Positions 41,534-52,399 of a stretch of DNA of 64,000 nucleotides are shown here, piece after piece; the first letter of the stretch is position 1, and the number at the start of each line of letters is the position of its first letter. The translations under genes and the position numbers were made by a program. Source of the DNA: Longimicrobiales bacterium (GTDB taxonomy: Bacteria > Gemmatimonadota > Gemmatimonadetes > Longimicrobiales > Gaopeijiaceae). The notes under the pieces are model-generated. The model did no database searches. It was given only the letters and a program-made list of their open reading frames with translations, and was not told where the DNA came from. Location of the stretch: assembly GCA_965197725.1 (NCBI GenBank), contig CBDANQ010000061.1:1-64000 (forward strand). Direction: 5' to 3'.

Positions 41534-43066
41534 TCAGCCCCGCACGCGATCCAAGTATCGGTATTGGAGGGCCTCGGCCGCATCGCGGTAGCGGATCTCC
41601 TCCGCGCCGTCCAGGTCGGCGATCGTGCGAGCCACCTTCAAGATCCGGTGGTAGGAGCGCGCTGACAGACCCACGCGATCGACCGCGCGTTGAAGGAGGC
41701 GTGACACAGCTCGACTCGGCCGGCACCACCGACGCAACTCCATAGGACGCATCTGGCCGTTGGCGTGCACCGCCTCGACCCCCTCGAAGCACGCCTCCTG
41801 GAGCCGACGGGCCTCTGAGACGCGTGCCTTGATTTGTCCGCTGCTGGACCCTTCGCCATCTCCCGACAGATGCTCGAACGGCACCGGCGGGACTTGTAGG
41901 TGCAAGTCGATTCGGTCGATGAGCGGCCCCGAAACCCGCCCCATGTAGCGGTGCACGACCGTCGGATCGCAGAGGCATCGGTCGCTACCGTCTCCCCAGA
42001 AGCCGCACGGACAGGGGTTCATAGCCGCCACGAGCAGGATCCTGGCAGGGAAGCGGACGGCCGACCTGGCCCGCGAGAGATGGATGACCCCGGCTTCCAG
42101 TGGCTGCCGGAGTACATCCAGCACGTTCCGGCGAAATTCGGCCAACTCGTCGAGGAAGAGCACGCCGTTGTGCGCCAGGCTGACCTCCCCAGGCCGGATC
42201 GGAGATCCACCGCCGACGAGCCCGGCGTCGCTGACCGTGTGATGAGGGGCCCGGAAAGGGCGCCGGGAGATCAGGGGCATCCCGCTCCGCAGCATGCCCG
42301 CGACCGAGTGAACGCGGGTAGACTCGAGTGCCTCGTCGAGGGTGAGCGGGGGCAGGATCCCGGCAAGCCTGCGCGCCAGCATCGTCTTGCCCGACCCCGG
42401 CGGTCCAAGAAAGAGCACGTTGTGTGAGCCGGCGGCAGCGATCTCCAGGACGCGCTTCGCTACCGCTTGGCCTCGCACGTCACGCATGTCCAGGCCGTCC
42501 GAAACGCTCTCCTGCAACAGCTCGCGGGGTTCGAGGGCGCCCTCTTCGAGCGACCGTCCCCCCCTGAAGTGCTTGATGACGTCACACAGGGTCGCCGCGC
42601 TGAGAGCGGTCACACCGGGGACGACACTCGCCTCTTCGGCGTTCGCCGACGGCAGCACCAGAGTGCGGATACCCGCCGCCGCACACTCCGCCGCGATCGG
42701 CAGTGCGCCGCGAATGGGTCGTAGCGAGCCGTCGAGCCCGAGCTCTCCGAGGAACGCGCACTCAGGCAACAGCGAGTCGTCCAGGTGCCCACCCGCTGCG
42801 AGCAACCCCACCGCGATCGGTAGGTCGAACGCCGTTCCCTCCTTGCGCACGTCCCCTGGAGCGAGATTCACCGTGATGCGCCGAGGCGGAAGCGGGAAGC
42901 CGGAGTTCCACAGTGCCGCCGCGACCCTGTCGCGGCTTTCGCGCACCGCACCGTGCGGCAGCCCGACGACAGTGAAGGCCGGCAGGCCGGAACTCAGGTT
43001 CACCTCGACCTTCACGAGAAACGACTCGACGCCCCGGAGAGCCGCGGTGTGGACATGAGCGAGCAC
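41534..43066 (-). CDS. comM: ComM/YifB Mg-chelatase-like AAA+ ATPase
   Basis: ITVNLAP, GELGLDG, GPPGSGKT, RPFRAPHH, AAMNPCPCG. Confidence 0.95.
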   Translation of the reverse strand: MLAHVHTAALRGVESFLVKVEVNLSSGLPAFTVVGLPHGAVRESRDRVAAALWNSGFPLPPRRITVNLAPGDVRKEGTAFDLPIAVGLLAAGGHLDDSLLPECAFLGELGLDGSLRPIRGALPIAAECAAAGIRTLVLPSANAEEASVVPGVTALSAATLCDVIKHFRGGRSLEEGALEPRELLQESVSDGLDMRDVRGQAVAKRVLEIAAAGSHNVLFLGPPGSGKTMLARRLAGILPPLTLDEALESTRVHSVAGMLRSGMPLISRRPFRAPHHTVSDAGLVGGGSPIRPGEVSLAHNGVLFLDELAEFRRNVLDVLRQPLEAGVIHLSRARSAVRFPARILLVAAMNPCPCGFWGDGSDRCLCDPTVVHRYMGRVSGPLIDRIDLHLQVPPVPFEHLSGDGEGSSSGQIKARVSEARRLQEACFEGVEAVHANGQMRPMELRRWCRPSRAVSRLLQRAVDRVGLSARSYHRILKVARTIADLDGAEEIRYRDAAEALQYRYLDRVRG

Positions 43067-43217
43067 GTTTCACTCTCGTCGCGAGCACGGGACACGGGTA
43101 TGGCGTAATCGGCCTCGATGCACGCGCCATTCTGTGCTTGTGCGGTCCCAGACGACCCCATACGATGCGGGCGCTCCGACCCTCGAAAACGAATCTGAAC
43201 CCACACGGAGAGTGTGC

Positions 43218-44351
43218 ATGAAGGTCGCCGTTCTGAAGGAAACACGTCCTGGAGAGCGCAGGGTCGCCCTGGTCCCTCAAGGTGTGAAAGCGCTGCTCGA
43301 GGCTGGACTCGACGTGACCGTGCAGGCCGGCGCGGGATCGGCCTCGAGTATCTCGGACGATGAGTACGAAGAGGCCGGCGCTACTGTCGCTCCCTCCGCT
43401 GCCGAGACTCTCCGGGACGCGGGCGTGGTGCTCGCGGTGAACGCGCCGTCCCTTGGGGACCTGGCGGCGATGTCCGAGGGCACGATTCTGGTGTCGTTCT
43501 TGAGCCCACTCACGAACCCGGACCTCGTTCGCGTGCTCGCGGAATCGAAGATTACCGGGATCGCCATGGAAATGGTTCCTCGGATTACGCGAGCGCAGTC
43601 GATGGACGCTCTCTCCTCCCAGGCGACCGTGGCCGGGTACAAAGCGGTGCTGATCGCCGCAGACCACTTGCCGAAGTTCCTCCCCATGTTCACGACCGCG
43701 GCGGGCACGATTCGACCCGCGAAGGCGCTCATTCTCGGGGCGGGCGTCGCGGGTTTGCAGGCGATCGCGACCGCTCGACGCCTCGGCGCCGTGGTGCAGG
43801 CGTTCGACGTTCGGCCGGCGGTGAAGGAACAGGTGGAGAGCCTGGGCGCCAGCTTCCTGGCGGCCGACGAGGAGGTCGCAGCCGAGGGTGAGGGCGGCTA
43901 CGCAAAGGAGCTCTCCGAGGACCAGCATCAGAAGGAGCTGGACCTCATCGCCGGCGCGATCGTCGACTGCGACATCGTGATCACCACGGCTCAGATCCCC
44001 GGCCGCGACGCACCTCTGCTAATCACGGAAGATATGGTCAGGTCGATGCGTCCGGGGTCGGTGATCATCGATCTCGCTTCGGAGAGCGGCGGCAATTGTG
44101 CGTTGACCCAGAGCGGCGAAACCGTTGTCGAGCACGGCGTGCAGATTGTCGGGCCCGTGAACCTACCAACCGGCATCCCAGTGCACGCGAGCCAGATGTA
44201 CTCGAAGAACATCGTGACGCTGGTCAGCGAGTTCGTCGGAGAAGAAGGCCGAATCGAACTCGACCTGGATAACGATGTCGTAGGGCCCTCGACAGTCACA
44301 CACCGGGGCGAGGTCACGAACGAGCGCGTGCAAAACGCGCTGTCGGCGTGA
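43218..44351 (+). CDS. pntAA: NAD(P) transhydrogenase subunit alpha part 1
   Basis: GERRVAL, PRITRAQSMDALSSQ, GAGVAGLQA, GGYAKE. Confidence 0.95.
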   Translation: MKVAVLKETRPGERRVALVPQGVKALLEAGLDVTVQAGAGSASSISDDEYEEAGATVAPSAAETLRDAGVVLAVNAPSLGDLAAMSEGTILVSFLSPLTNPDLVRVLAESKITGIAMEMVPRITRAQSMDALSSQATVAGYKAVLIAADHLPKFLPMFTTAAGTIRPAKALILGAGVAGLQAIATARRLGAVVQAFDVRPAVKEQVESLGASFLAADEEVAAEGEGGYAKELSEDQHQKELDLIAGAIVDCDIVITTAQIPGRDAPLLITEDMVRSMRPGSVIIDLASESGGNCALTQSGETVVEHGVQIVGPVNLPTGIPVHASQMYSKNIVTLVSEFVGEEGRIELDLDNDVVGPSTVTHRGEVTNERVQNALSA

Positions 44352-44398
44352 CAGCGTTCTAGTCGACGTAAACTCACAGCCAGGACTCAGGAGAATCG

Positions 44399-44677
44399 AT
44401 GGGCGAGTTGATGATCGGACTGTACGTGTTCGTGCTCGCGGCGTTGGCCGGTCGTGAGGTGATCACCAAGGTGCCTCCCACCCTCCACACTCCACTCATG
44501 TCAGGCGCCAACGCGATCTCCGGCATCGCGATCGTCGGCGCGATCGTCGTCGCGGCCCGCGCCGAGGGTACCATGCAGATGGTGCTCGGCGTCGTGGCGA
44601 TCACCATGGCCACAATCAACGTGATCGGGGGATTCATGGTGACGGATCGCATGCTCAGCATGTTCAGGAAGAGGTAG
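44399..44677 (+). CDS. pntAB: NAD(P) transhydrogenase subunit alpha part 2
   Basis: VPPTLHTPLMSGANAISG, GGFMVTDRML. Confidence 0.95.
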   Translation: MGELMIGLYVFVLAALAGREVITKVPPTLHTPLMSGANAISGIAIVGAIVVAARAEGTMQMVLGVVAITMATINVIGGFMVTDRMLSMFRKR

Positions 44678-44683
44678 CTCGGC

Positions 44684-46072
44684 ATGAACGCAGACATCCT
44701 GGTCGAACTGACCTACCTGCTGTCGGCTATCCTCTTCGTCGTCGGGCTAAAGCGACTGCAATCGCCCGCAACCGCACGTGGTGGCAACGCGCTTGCGTCC
44801 TTCGCGATGCTTCTCGCGATCATCGCGACCGTGGTCGATACCGACATCCTCAGCTGGACCGGGATCCTCGTCGGGGTGGCGATCGGTGGCGTCATCGGCG
44901 GCGTAGCAGCCCGTAGGGTCGAAATGACGGCAATGCCGGAAATGGTTGGCATGTTCAACGCCTTCGGTGGTGGCGCATCGGCGCTCGTGGCCGTAGCCGA
45001 GTTCCTCAACCTCCCCGGGGTCGGTTTGGGCACGGGGGGCGTCTCGATGCTGCTCGGGACGCTGATCGGCGGCGTGACCTTCTCCGGGTCGTTCATCGCG
45101 TTCGCCAAGCTGAGGGGCATCCTCACCGGGAACCCCATCACCTTCCCGGGCCAGAATGCCACGAACGCCCTGCTCGTCCTGGGCACGGTCGCGCTCGGCG
45201 CGATGACCCTGGGCGTCTTCGGGGGTCAGGATCCTACCACGCTCTTCTACGTCTTCTGCGGCATCTCGCTCCTGCTCGGCATCCTTTTGATAATCCCGAT
45301 CGGTGGTGCGGACATGCCGGTCGTGATATCGCTGCTGAACTCCTATTCGGGCTTGGCCGCGAGTGCGGCGGGATTCGCAATCGGCAACATGGTCCTGATC
45401 ATCTCCGGTGCCTTGGTGGGGGCCGCCGGGCTCATTCTGACGCAGCTCATGTGCAAGGGCATGAACCGCTCCCTCGCCAACGTCGCTTTCGGCGGCTTCG
45501 GTGGCACTGCGGGCGTCGAGCGCGCGCAGATCGGCCAGCGCCCGGTGAGGCGGGCGGACGCCGAGGCGGTCGCAGCGGAGCTCGGCTACGTGAATTCGGT
45601 GGTGGTGGTGCCAGGGTACGGGTTGGCGGTCGCGCAAGCCCAACACGAGCTCCGCAAAGTCGGCGACCTACTCGAAGGTCGCGGAGTGGACGTGAAGTAC
45701 GCGATCCACCCGGTCGCTGGTCGCATGCCCGGTCACATGAACGTGCTGCTCGCGGAAGCGGACGTCAGCTACGACAAGCTCTTCGACCTCGACGAAATCA
45801 ACGACGACTTCTCGAAAACGGACGCGGTGCTCATCGTAGGAGCGAACGACGTGGTGAACCCCGCGGCACGCGACCCGCAGTCGGTCATCGCCGGCATGCC
45901 GATTCTGGACGTCGACCAGGCACGCCGGGTCATCGTCATGAAACGGAGCCTCTCTCCCGGCTTCGCCGGCATCGACAACGACCTGTTCTATTCGGACAAG
46001 ACGCTGATGTTCTTCGGAGATGCCAAAGATTCGATGGGAGATCTCGTGCGTGAGGTCCGCGAACTGGCGTAG
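44684..46072 (+). CDS. pntB: NAD(P) transhydrogenase subunit beta
   Basis: IGGADMPVVISLLNSYSG, HPVAGRMPGHMNVLLAEA, GANDVVNPAA. Confidence 0.96.
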   Translation: MNADILVELTYLLSAILFVVGLKRLQSPATARGGNALASFAMLLAIIATVVDTDILSWTGILVGVAIGGVIGGVAARRVEMTAMPEMVGMFNAFGGGASALVAVAEFLNLPGVGLGTGGVSMLLGTLIGGVTFSGSFIAFAKLRGILTGNPITFPGQNATNALLVLGTVALGAMTLGVFGGQDPTTLFYVFCGISLLLGILLIIPIGGADMPVVISLLNSYSGLAASAAGFAIGNMVLIISGALVGAAGLILTQLMCKGMNRSLANVAFGGFGGTAGVERAQIGQRPVRRADAEAVAAELGYVNSVVVVPGYGLAVAQAQHELRKVGDLLEGRGVDVKYAIHPVAGRMPGHMNVLLAEADVSYDKLFDLDEINDDFSKTDAVLIVGANDVVNPAARDPQSVIAGMPILDVDQARRVIVMKRSLSPGFAGIDNDLFYSDKTLMFFGDAKDSMGDLVREVRELA

Positions 46073-46143
46073 GCGAACACGAATAGGCCCCTTCGAATAC
46101 CAGCCACCATGTCTTCGTCGATCGCTTCCGGGCAAGCGAGTCA

Positions 46144-46725
46144 CTAGTGCTCCTTCGTGCTCTCCTGCCCGGTCGTGGCGAGTACGCTTACCGTCGATTC
46201 GAACTCGGCGCGAATCACGCCGAGCTGCTGTCGGACCTCTTCCGCCAAGGTCGCCGGCAGCACGGGGTCCCGGGCTTCACCCTTCTCGAAGAGCTGGAAG
46301 AAGAGCACGTCCGTGTGGCCAACGCTGCCGTGCGTGACCGCCCGATCGATGACGCGGTTGAGCTGAAGGACGTCTCTGAGAGAGATCGGCACCTGACCCC
46401 CCATCGGGGGATCGCGATAAAGCTCACGAATCACCAACTCGCGAAGCACCTGCAGCTCCTCGATGACTTCCCCGGCGGCCAGACCCCTTTGGGCCGCGGT
46501 CGCACCGAAGAGCTCCGTGCACCGATCCCAGATCGGACTTACTTCCCCCCTCAGTGGCCCCAATAGCGGTGGGAGAAACGCCACCAGCAAAGACGTGAAG
46601 GCGTCGATGATCCGGTCCCAAGGCTCGCTGCGCCCCAAGCCGTTCTCATGGATTCGCCTCGCCCACTGCTCGCGAATGGCTGGCAGCTTCCGCTGGAGCC
46701 ACTCGGCGAGCTCGAGGGGTGCCAT
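46144..46725 (-). CDS. Hypothetical protein (possible RsbRD N-terminal/globin-like fold)
   Basis: Coding-like helical ORF (LFGATAAQRGLAAGEVIEELQVLRE); start uncertain. Confidence 0.6.
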   Translation of the reverse strand: MAPLELAEWLQRKLPAIREQWARRIHENGLGRSEPWDRIIDAFTSLLVAFLPPLLGPLRGEVSPIWDRCTELFGATAAQRGLAAGEVIEELQVLRELVIRELYRDPPMGGQVPISLRDVLQLNRVIDRAVTHGSVGHTDVLFFQLFEKGEARDPVLPATLAEEVRQQLGVIRAEFESTVSVLATTGQESTKEH

Positions 46726-46972
46726 ACGGCGGTGCCCCGGGCCAGGGATCCGCGTGGCGGCGGACCCGGGCCCCATTGCTCGCTCTCGATCTGTGGCGTA
46801 GTTCGGCATCCGGGTAGAGATGCTCCGGGCTTACGTCCGCAGGGCGCCTCCGGTGGCGACATCTCAGAGCCGGGAAGGGTCGGCTCCGAGAGTACTCAAG
46901 ATGCCGGAATATGACCGCTCTGACCAGTCCAGCAAACTGAGAATGAAGTACAGTGGGCCGCCGAGGGGGCTG

Positions 46973-49900
46973 CTAGCCCCGAGAATCTGATCGCTGCAGC
47001 CGGACCGATACCGTCGTTCCCTCACCGGGCACGCTGATGACGTCGACCGACCCTCCCCACGCGTTTACCAGTCTCTGCACGATCGGAAGACCGAGCCCGG
47101 CGCCGGTGGAACGTGTGGAGAAACGCGGATCGAAGATGCGGGGCAGCAACGCCTCATCGATGCCCGAGCCGTCATCTACGACCTCGACCACCACGGCACC
47201 GTCTCCGTCCGCGCGTCCGCAGATACGAACGACCCCTCGGTCGCCGATGGCGTCACGGGCGTTCTCCATCAGATTGACGAGAACCTCCTTGAGCTCCGAG
47301 CCACGCGACACCACGGTGGGCAGATCGTCCGGTACGTCTTGCTCAAACCTCACGAGTGGAGAGGATCCGCCCCCGTAGAGCGCCATCACATCGTCGACCA
47401 CGGCGGGAATCGAGACCACAGACAGCGGCGCCTCCCCTTCTCCGCTCGGGGCGCCGAAACGGGAGAAACTCTGCGCGATCGCGGCCAGTCGATCGATTTC
47501 CGCAAGCATCGCGTCGGCGTTCCTGACGAGGATTTCGTTGAAGTCCGTGGCCTCGTCGTCCCAAGCGCGACGGATGTGCTGGATACTCAACTTGATCGGT
47601 GTCAGCGGGTTCTTGACCTCGTGGGCCACCTGCTGTGCCATCTCGCCCCACGCCAGTACTCGCTCCGCGCGTAGCTTATCCGTCACGTCGTCCAAAGCGA
47701 GCACGACGCCGCGGCGGCTACCCAGCGCGCCGAGCCGGCTGGCCCGCACGCGTACGCGACGATCGTTCGCGTGCAGCTCCATGTCCGCCTGGTCGGCAGA
47801 ACCCGCAAGGAAGTGAGCCAGCCAACCGGAGAGCGCTTCACCGAGCGGGCCTTCACCGGGCACGCTTCTCCCGACGAACACCTCCGAGCCCAACATCTCC
47901 TCGGCGCGAGGGTTTACCTGCATGACCCGTCCTGCCGGGTCGAGCGCGATCATGCCAACGGCGGCCTCGTCCATGATCGCCTGCGTGCGCCGTGACGTGC
48001 GTACGAGCTGTCGACGAGCTCTGCGCACACGGCTGACCATCCGGTTGAAGGCGCGGAATACCGCGCCGAACTCGTCCGCACGCGTGCTGGGAAGGCGGAG
48101 CTGAAGGTCCCCCGCACCCACCGCTTCGGAGGCGACCTGAAGCGCCCGGATCGGGCTCGTCAGGGCTCGACCGGCCATCCACGCCAATACGAGGGACAAC
48201 GCGCCTCCGACGAGAATCGCGAAGCCCATCAGCTCGATGAGATCGGTGGTCTGGATCGCCGTGGCGCCGGCTTGAAGCGGAACCTGCACACCGAGGATGT
48301 CACCGTCGGGGAGACGCCGGTACGCCGTGATGTACCGCCAGCGCCCCAGCGAAGTCTCCGTGTACTCCCGGATCCCTTCACTTCCGTCGAGCAGACGATG
48401 CTGCGCGAGCGGAATCCAGCCCTCGTAAAGGCCAAGCTCGACGAGCTCCTCGACCGAGCCCTCCCGCAACTCGCCGTCCCGGTACTCGAGTAACTCCGCG
48501 CCCACCTGCTGCGCGAGTCGCTCCATCCTGGTTCCCCCGGACGCTCCGGCGAGCGACAGGTACCAGTCCGCGGCGTCCTCGACGACTCGCTCGGCGATCG
48601 CTTGAGCCGAGCGCACCGACGCCCGCGCCAGGGTTCGGTACGCTATGGTTCCGAAGAGCGCGTTGGCGAGGACGAAAAAGCCGAAGAGCGCGAGCGTGAC
48701 CCGGGCGCGGAACGAGATCACCCAGCCGGACACCCTCATCTCCTCAGGCATCACCTCCCGCAGCAATGCTCGCCCACCGAGCCAGAACGAGAAGAAGACG
48801 AGGAGGTCGAGCGCCAACAGCAATGAGCCGCGAGCCGACGCGAGCAGCGGACCCGGCAGCTCGACCAGGTAGTGTGCATGGTACGCCCTGTTCTCGAACT
48901 CGAGCGCGAGGTCCCCCTGCCAGCCCGTACTGGCACGCGCCCAGGTGATGGACCCGGGTCCGTGTGGATCAGTATCGAGCAAAGGGATGAGCGTGAGCGG
49001 CTCCGCCAGCGACGCGGAACCGCTTCGCATGAGGGCCGCAAGCGCCGAGCGGGAGCTGCGAAGCGTTGAGATCGCGGGCCCAACCGCTGTAAGAACGTGC
49101 CCCGCCGAGAGCGGCAGCGCGATCACGTAGCGGGCGTCGTCCCTGCGCAGATGAAACAGCTCCGACGTGCCCCGCACCCGTGTCTCGCGCACGATGCCGG
49201 CGACCCGCCCCGGTCGGTCCGTACCCACGCCGATGCGAAGTTCCTCACCGGCTTCGCCCCCTTCCGGCCACATGGTGATCCGCAACGGCACGCCGTCTTC
49301 GGCCAGACCACTTCCGCGCCAGGCGCCGTACATGACGTCGACGTCTCCCTTGCCCTCCCGCTCGAGCGAGTCCGCGACCTCACCCAACCGTATGAGCCCC
49401 CGACGCAGCGCCAAATCCTCGGGCGCCGCAGCCGCCGTGAGGCGCGCGGTCCCCTCCGCGACTTCTGCTGCGATCTGTTGCTGCCACGCGGCCGGAAGCG
49501 TGGCGGTCACCGCCAGGACCCCAGCCATGAGCCAACCGACGAGCGGTCGCTGCCAACCCGCCCAGGCCCCGATCGAGGCGGCCGCGAGCGAGGTGGGCGC
49601 GAGCCAGAGCGCGCTCCACCAGATCGGCAGCGTTCGCGTCAGCCCCACGTACGTGGCGCCGGCCGCGGCAAGCGCGATCGCGGCAACCAGCGCGGCGGCG
49701 GCGAGTCCCCGATTCCCCTCTGGGCGAGCGCGCGTGAAGGCGAGGGCGGAGCCCACGATGAGCGTGAGCACGGCCGCCAGGGCGCCCTGGTACGCGATCC
49801 ACTCGAGCCTTCCACCCGCCAGCGACTCGGGACGGAGGCCGGCTTGGGTAAGCAGAATGGTCAGCGGAAAGAGCACGCTGGATATCAACCCCGCCACCCA

Positions 49901-51037
49901 GAACGGTATTTCCAGCCTCGGTCGCGGAAGTACGGCGATCATCGTGAAACCCGCCAACGCCAGGACGGCGAACCTCCCGAGCGAGATCGGAAGCGGGCCC
50001 GGAAGCTCGAAGAGACCAGGGTCGAAGAGCCCCGCCAGACGATCGATCTGATCCAGCGGAAGGAACGCCGCGACGAAGAGAAGGCTACCCGCTGCTACGG
50101 TGCCAGCGGCGAGCCTAGGCGGTCCACCGATCGCGAGCAGCAGCCACGCGAGTAACAGACTCATCGATACGAACGCTTGCCAGCGCCCCATGACCGTCGA
50201 CACGCGCGCGGCTAGTTCCGGACGCTCTATGACGACGCTGAGCAGACGTTCGCCGCCGGGCACGCTGAGTTCCCACACTCCCTCCGAGACGTGAGGAGAT
50301 TCGGCGCTGATACGGATCGACTCGCCCGTCTCCCGCAAGAACTCGGCGCTGAAGTCGCCAACATCTGCCGCTACGTCAGCGGACAGATCCGTGCGTAAGA
50401 GGTGGGCGGCCATGGCGACGCTTCCGTTGGACGCCACCGCGGTTACGTACAGGTATCCGAAGAGCGGGAGGTCACGGTACATGTACCGCCGCTCCCCCCT
50501 TTGCGCGGGCTCGGGTACTTTCCCGCGATGCACGCCGTCCCAGAGGATCAGCTGTCCCCGTGGGTCGTAGAGTGCCATCGCCGCAGCACCGTGCCGAGCC
50601 CTCAGACGCTCGAGCGCAGTCACGTCCTGCGACGCGGCCAGCTCTCTCGCCATGCCCGCGAGCGAGTCGGCCGCGACCTCACCGGCCGTGAGCAGCCCTT
50701 GCAGCGCGGCGTCCAGCCTAGTCTCTCCGACCTCCTGCTCGCGCTCCGCCCAATACTCGTCCCACCCCGACGTGAGCTCGCCTATCTGGCGTTGGGCCCC
50801 GAATGCCGCGAGGATGGCAAACACGAGGATCGCCGAGCCGGCACCCCAGGCCACGCCTGTCCGACGAGGGCCCCAGAGGAGGGCGGCCGTGACGCCAGCA
50901 GCCGCGAGGACCAGGACCGCGTGCCCCGGCGACGCCGCCCACAGCGACAACGAGACCAAAGCGATCCACGGACCGAGCCACCCGATAGCCCGCGCAGCTC
51001 TAAGCCACTTCAGGGACATCCGCGAACGTGACTTCAT
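46973..51037 (-). CDS. Large multi-TM sensor histidine kinase (HAMP-PAS-HisKA-HATPase, NtrY-like C-terminus)
   Basis: VAHEVKNPLTPI, NLMENA, DDGSG, FSTRSTGAGLGL, DEFGAVFRAFNRM. Confidence 0.92.
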   Translation of the reverse strand: MKSRSRMSLKWLRAARAIGWLGPWIALVSLSLWAASPGHAVLVLAAAGVTAALLWGPRRTGVAWGAGSAILVFAILAAFGAQRQIGELTSGWDEYWAEREQEVGETRLDAALQGLLTAGEVAADSLAGMARELAASQDVTALERLRARHGAAAMALYDPRGQLILWDGVHRGKVPEPAQRGERRYMYRDLPLFGYLYVTAVASNGSVAMAAHLLRTDLSADVAADVGDFSAEFLRETGESIRISAESPHVSEGVWELSVPGGERLLSVVIERPELAARVSTVMGRWQAFVSMSLLLAWLLLAIGGPPRLAAGTVAAGSLLFVAAFLPLDQIDRLAGLFDPGLFELPGPLPISLGRFAVLALAGFTMIAVLPRPRLEIPFWVAGLISSVLFPLTILLTQAGLRPESLAGGRLEWIAYQGALAAVLTLIVGSALAFTRARPEGNRGLAAAALVAAIALAAAGATYVGLTRTLPIWWSALWLAPTSLAAASIGAWAGWQRPLVGWLMAGVLAVTATLPAAWQQQIAAEVAEGTARLTAAAAPEDLALRRGLIRLGEVADSLEREGKGDVDVMYGAWRGSGLAEDGVPLRITMWPEGGEAGEELRIGVGTDRPGRVAGIVRETRVRGTSELFHLRRDDARYVIALPLSAGHVLTAVGPAISTLRSSRSALAALMRSGSASLAEPLTLIPLLDTDPHGPGSITWARASTGWQGDLALEFENRAYHAHYLVELPGPLLASARGSLLLALDLLVFFSFWLGGRALLREVMPEEMRVSGWVISFRARVTLALFGFFVLANALFGTIAYRTLARASVRSAQAIAERVVEDAADWYLSLAGASGGTRMERLAQQVGAELLEYRDGELREGSVEELVELGLYEGWIPLAQHRLLDGSEGIREYTETSLGRWRYITAYRRLPDGDILGVQVPLQAGATAIQTTDLIELMGFAILVGGALSLVLAWMAGRALTSPIRALQVASEAVGAGDLQLRLPSTRADEFGAVFRAFNRMVSRVRRARRQLVRTSRRTQAIMDEAAVGMIALDPAGRVMQVNPRAEEMLGSEVFVGRSVPGEGPLGEALSGWLAHFLAGSADQADMELHANDRRVRVRASRLGALGSRRGVVLALDDVTDKLRAERVLAWGEMAQQVAHEVKNPLTPIKLSIQHIRRAWDDEATDFNEILVRNADAMLAEIDRLAAIAQSFSRFGAPSGEGEAPLSVVSIPAVVDDVMALYGGGSSPLVRFEQDVPDDLPTVVSRGSELKEVLVNLMENARDAIGDRGVVRICGRADGDGAVVVEVVDDGSGIDEALLPRIFDPRFSTRSTGAGLGLPIVQRLVNAWGGSVDVISVPGEGTTVSVRLQRSDSRG

Positions 51038-51451
51038 TCGCGATCGACGAACTGAGCTGGTCGGAGATCGGCCGGGCGATCGCCAGAGACCCTCGATTGA
51101 TTCTCGCGGTAGGAGCGATGGACCAACACGGCCCTCACCTCCCTTTGGGAGCCAACGTCCTCATCGCGGACCGCGTCGCCCAGGCCGTTTCGCAGCGACT
51201 AGGCATTCTACGCGCTCCGACCTTCTCATACGGGGTTTTGATCGGCGGAGGTCCCTTCGCCGGGACGGTGGTGAGCTGGCAACCTCGCTCGTAGTGCACC
51301 CCCGCCCAAATCTCGAGGCGTCGTCGGCCGCTCCAAACGAGGTACGCTCGAGAAGGGGGCAGCGATCCTCGAGCGATACACGCAGGAGATCACCGCTGCG
51401 CTCGAAGGGAGGCCGACGCACGATGCGAACGCACGACGCGCGCGCGGGTAG
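51028..51451 (+). pseudogene. Creatininase-family gene with internal deletion
   Basis: N-terminus DELSWSEI...VGAMDQHGPHLPLG...FAGT, then after a short gap a C-terminus SRGVVGRSKRGTLEKGAAILERY...*; the central part is absent. Confidence 0.7.
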
Positions 51452-51458
51452 GACCGTC

Positions 51459-52154
51459 ATGCGCCTTGGATTATCTCTTTGTGGCTCACTCTTGCTCGCG
51501 ATGGGCACCGCGCTCGGGCTCAGCGCGCAGAGCGTGGTCGTGGATCAAGGCATTTTCTCCGTGAGGATTGGCGGCGAAGTCATCGGCAGCGAGCAGTTCT
51601 CCATTCGGCGGGCGGGCTTTGGACGGAGCGCGGCGTATATCGCGAGCGGTGCCGTGGCTCTGTCGCGCGATGGCGAGGCCCAGGAGCTGCGTCCCTTGCT
51701 GAGCGCCCACGCCCCCGAGGGCGCGGCAGACGGCTATCAGCTGAAGGTCTCTGGGATCGACGCCTCCGAAATCGTGCTCAACCTGGTCGGCCCTCGTTTC
51801 GTTTCCAACTTCCGCTCGGCGGCCGGAGAGGAGCAGCGCGAGTTCAGCGCAAGCACCCACACCCGGATCGTCGAGCGGCTCGTGGCCCATCACTACTACT
51901 TCCTCGGGAACGTGAGCGAGGGGGCGCGGGTCCCGGTCATCGAGCCCCGCTCCCGCCTGGTGATGGATCTCGTGGCGGGCGCCTGGGTGGATGAGGAGCT
52001 CCGCTTGGGGCCGAATCGAGTGGACGCTCGAAAGGTCGTGTTCCGGGATGGTGAGCAAGACCGGATCGTATGGTTCGACCGTCAGGGGCGCGTGCTGCGC
52101 GTCGAGATCCCCGCACTGCAATACGTGGCCCAACGCCAGGACCTGGTCGGCTGA
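51459..52154 (+). CDS. Hypothetical secreted beta-rich protein
   Basis: Signal peptide ending LSA-Q; GSEQFSI, VWFDRQGRVLRVEIP. Confidence 0.75.
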   Translation: MRLGLSLCGSLLLAMGTALGLSAQSVVVDQGIFSVRIGGEVIGSEQFSIRRAGFGRSAAYIASGAVALSRDGEAQELRPLLSAHAPEGAADGYQLKVSGIDASEIVLNLVGPRFVSNFRSAAGEEQREFSASTHTRIVERLVAHHYYFLGNVSEGARVPVIEPRSRLVMDLVAGAWVDEELRLGPNRVDARKVVFRDGEQDRIVWFDRQGRVLRVEIPALQYVAQRQDLVG

Positions 52155-52399
52155 AAGAGCCGTAGTGGGTCAGTTTGACCCACTTCCGAAAAGGGCCGCC
52201 TACCTTGGTCGCTGGCGCCCGCGCATTAGCTTTCAATCCGATTGTGAGGTGACGTGCCATGAAGATGTGCCCCGTCCGCCGCGTAGAGGCAGTCGTGAAC
52301 AGAGTCCGGTCCGGTCTCACGACTCGAAACCACCCGCTCGCGGGCGGCGTACGGGACTCTAGATCGACTCCACTGACGGACATAGGGGGGATTGTGAGG

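Noticed and set aside
43218..46072. Split pntA as a frameshift
   Set aside because: The three-gene pntAA/pntAB/pntB arrangement is well known, and each gene has its own start.
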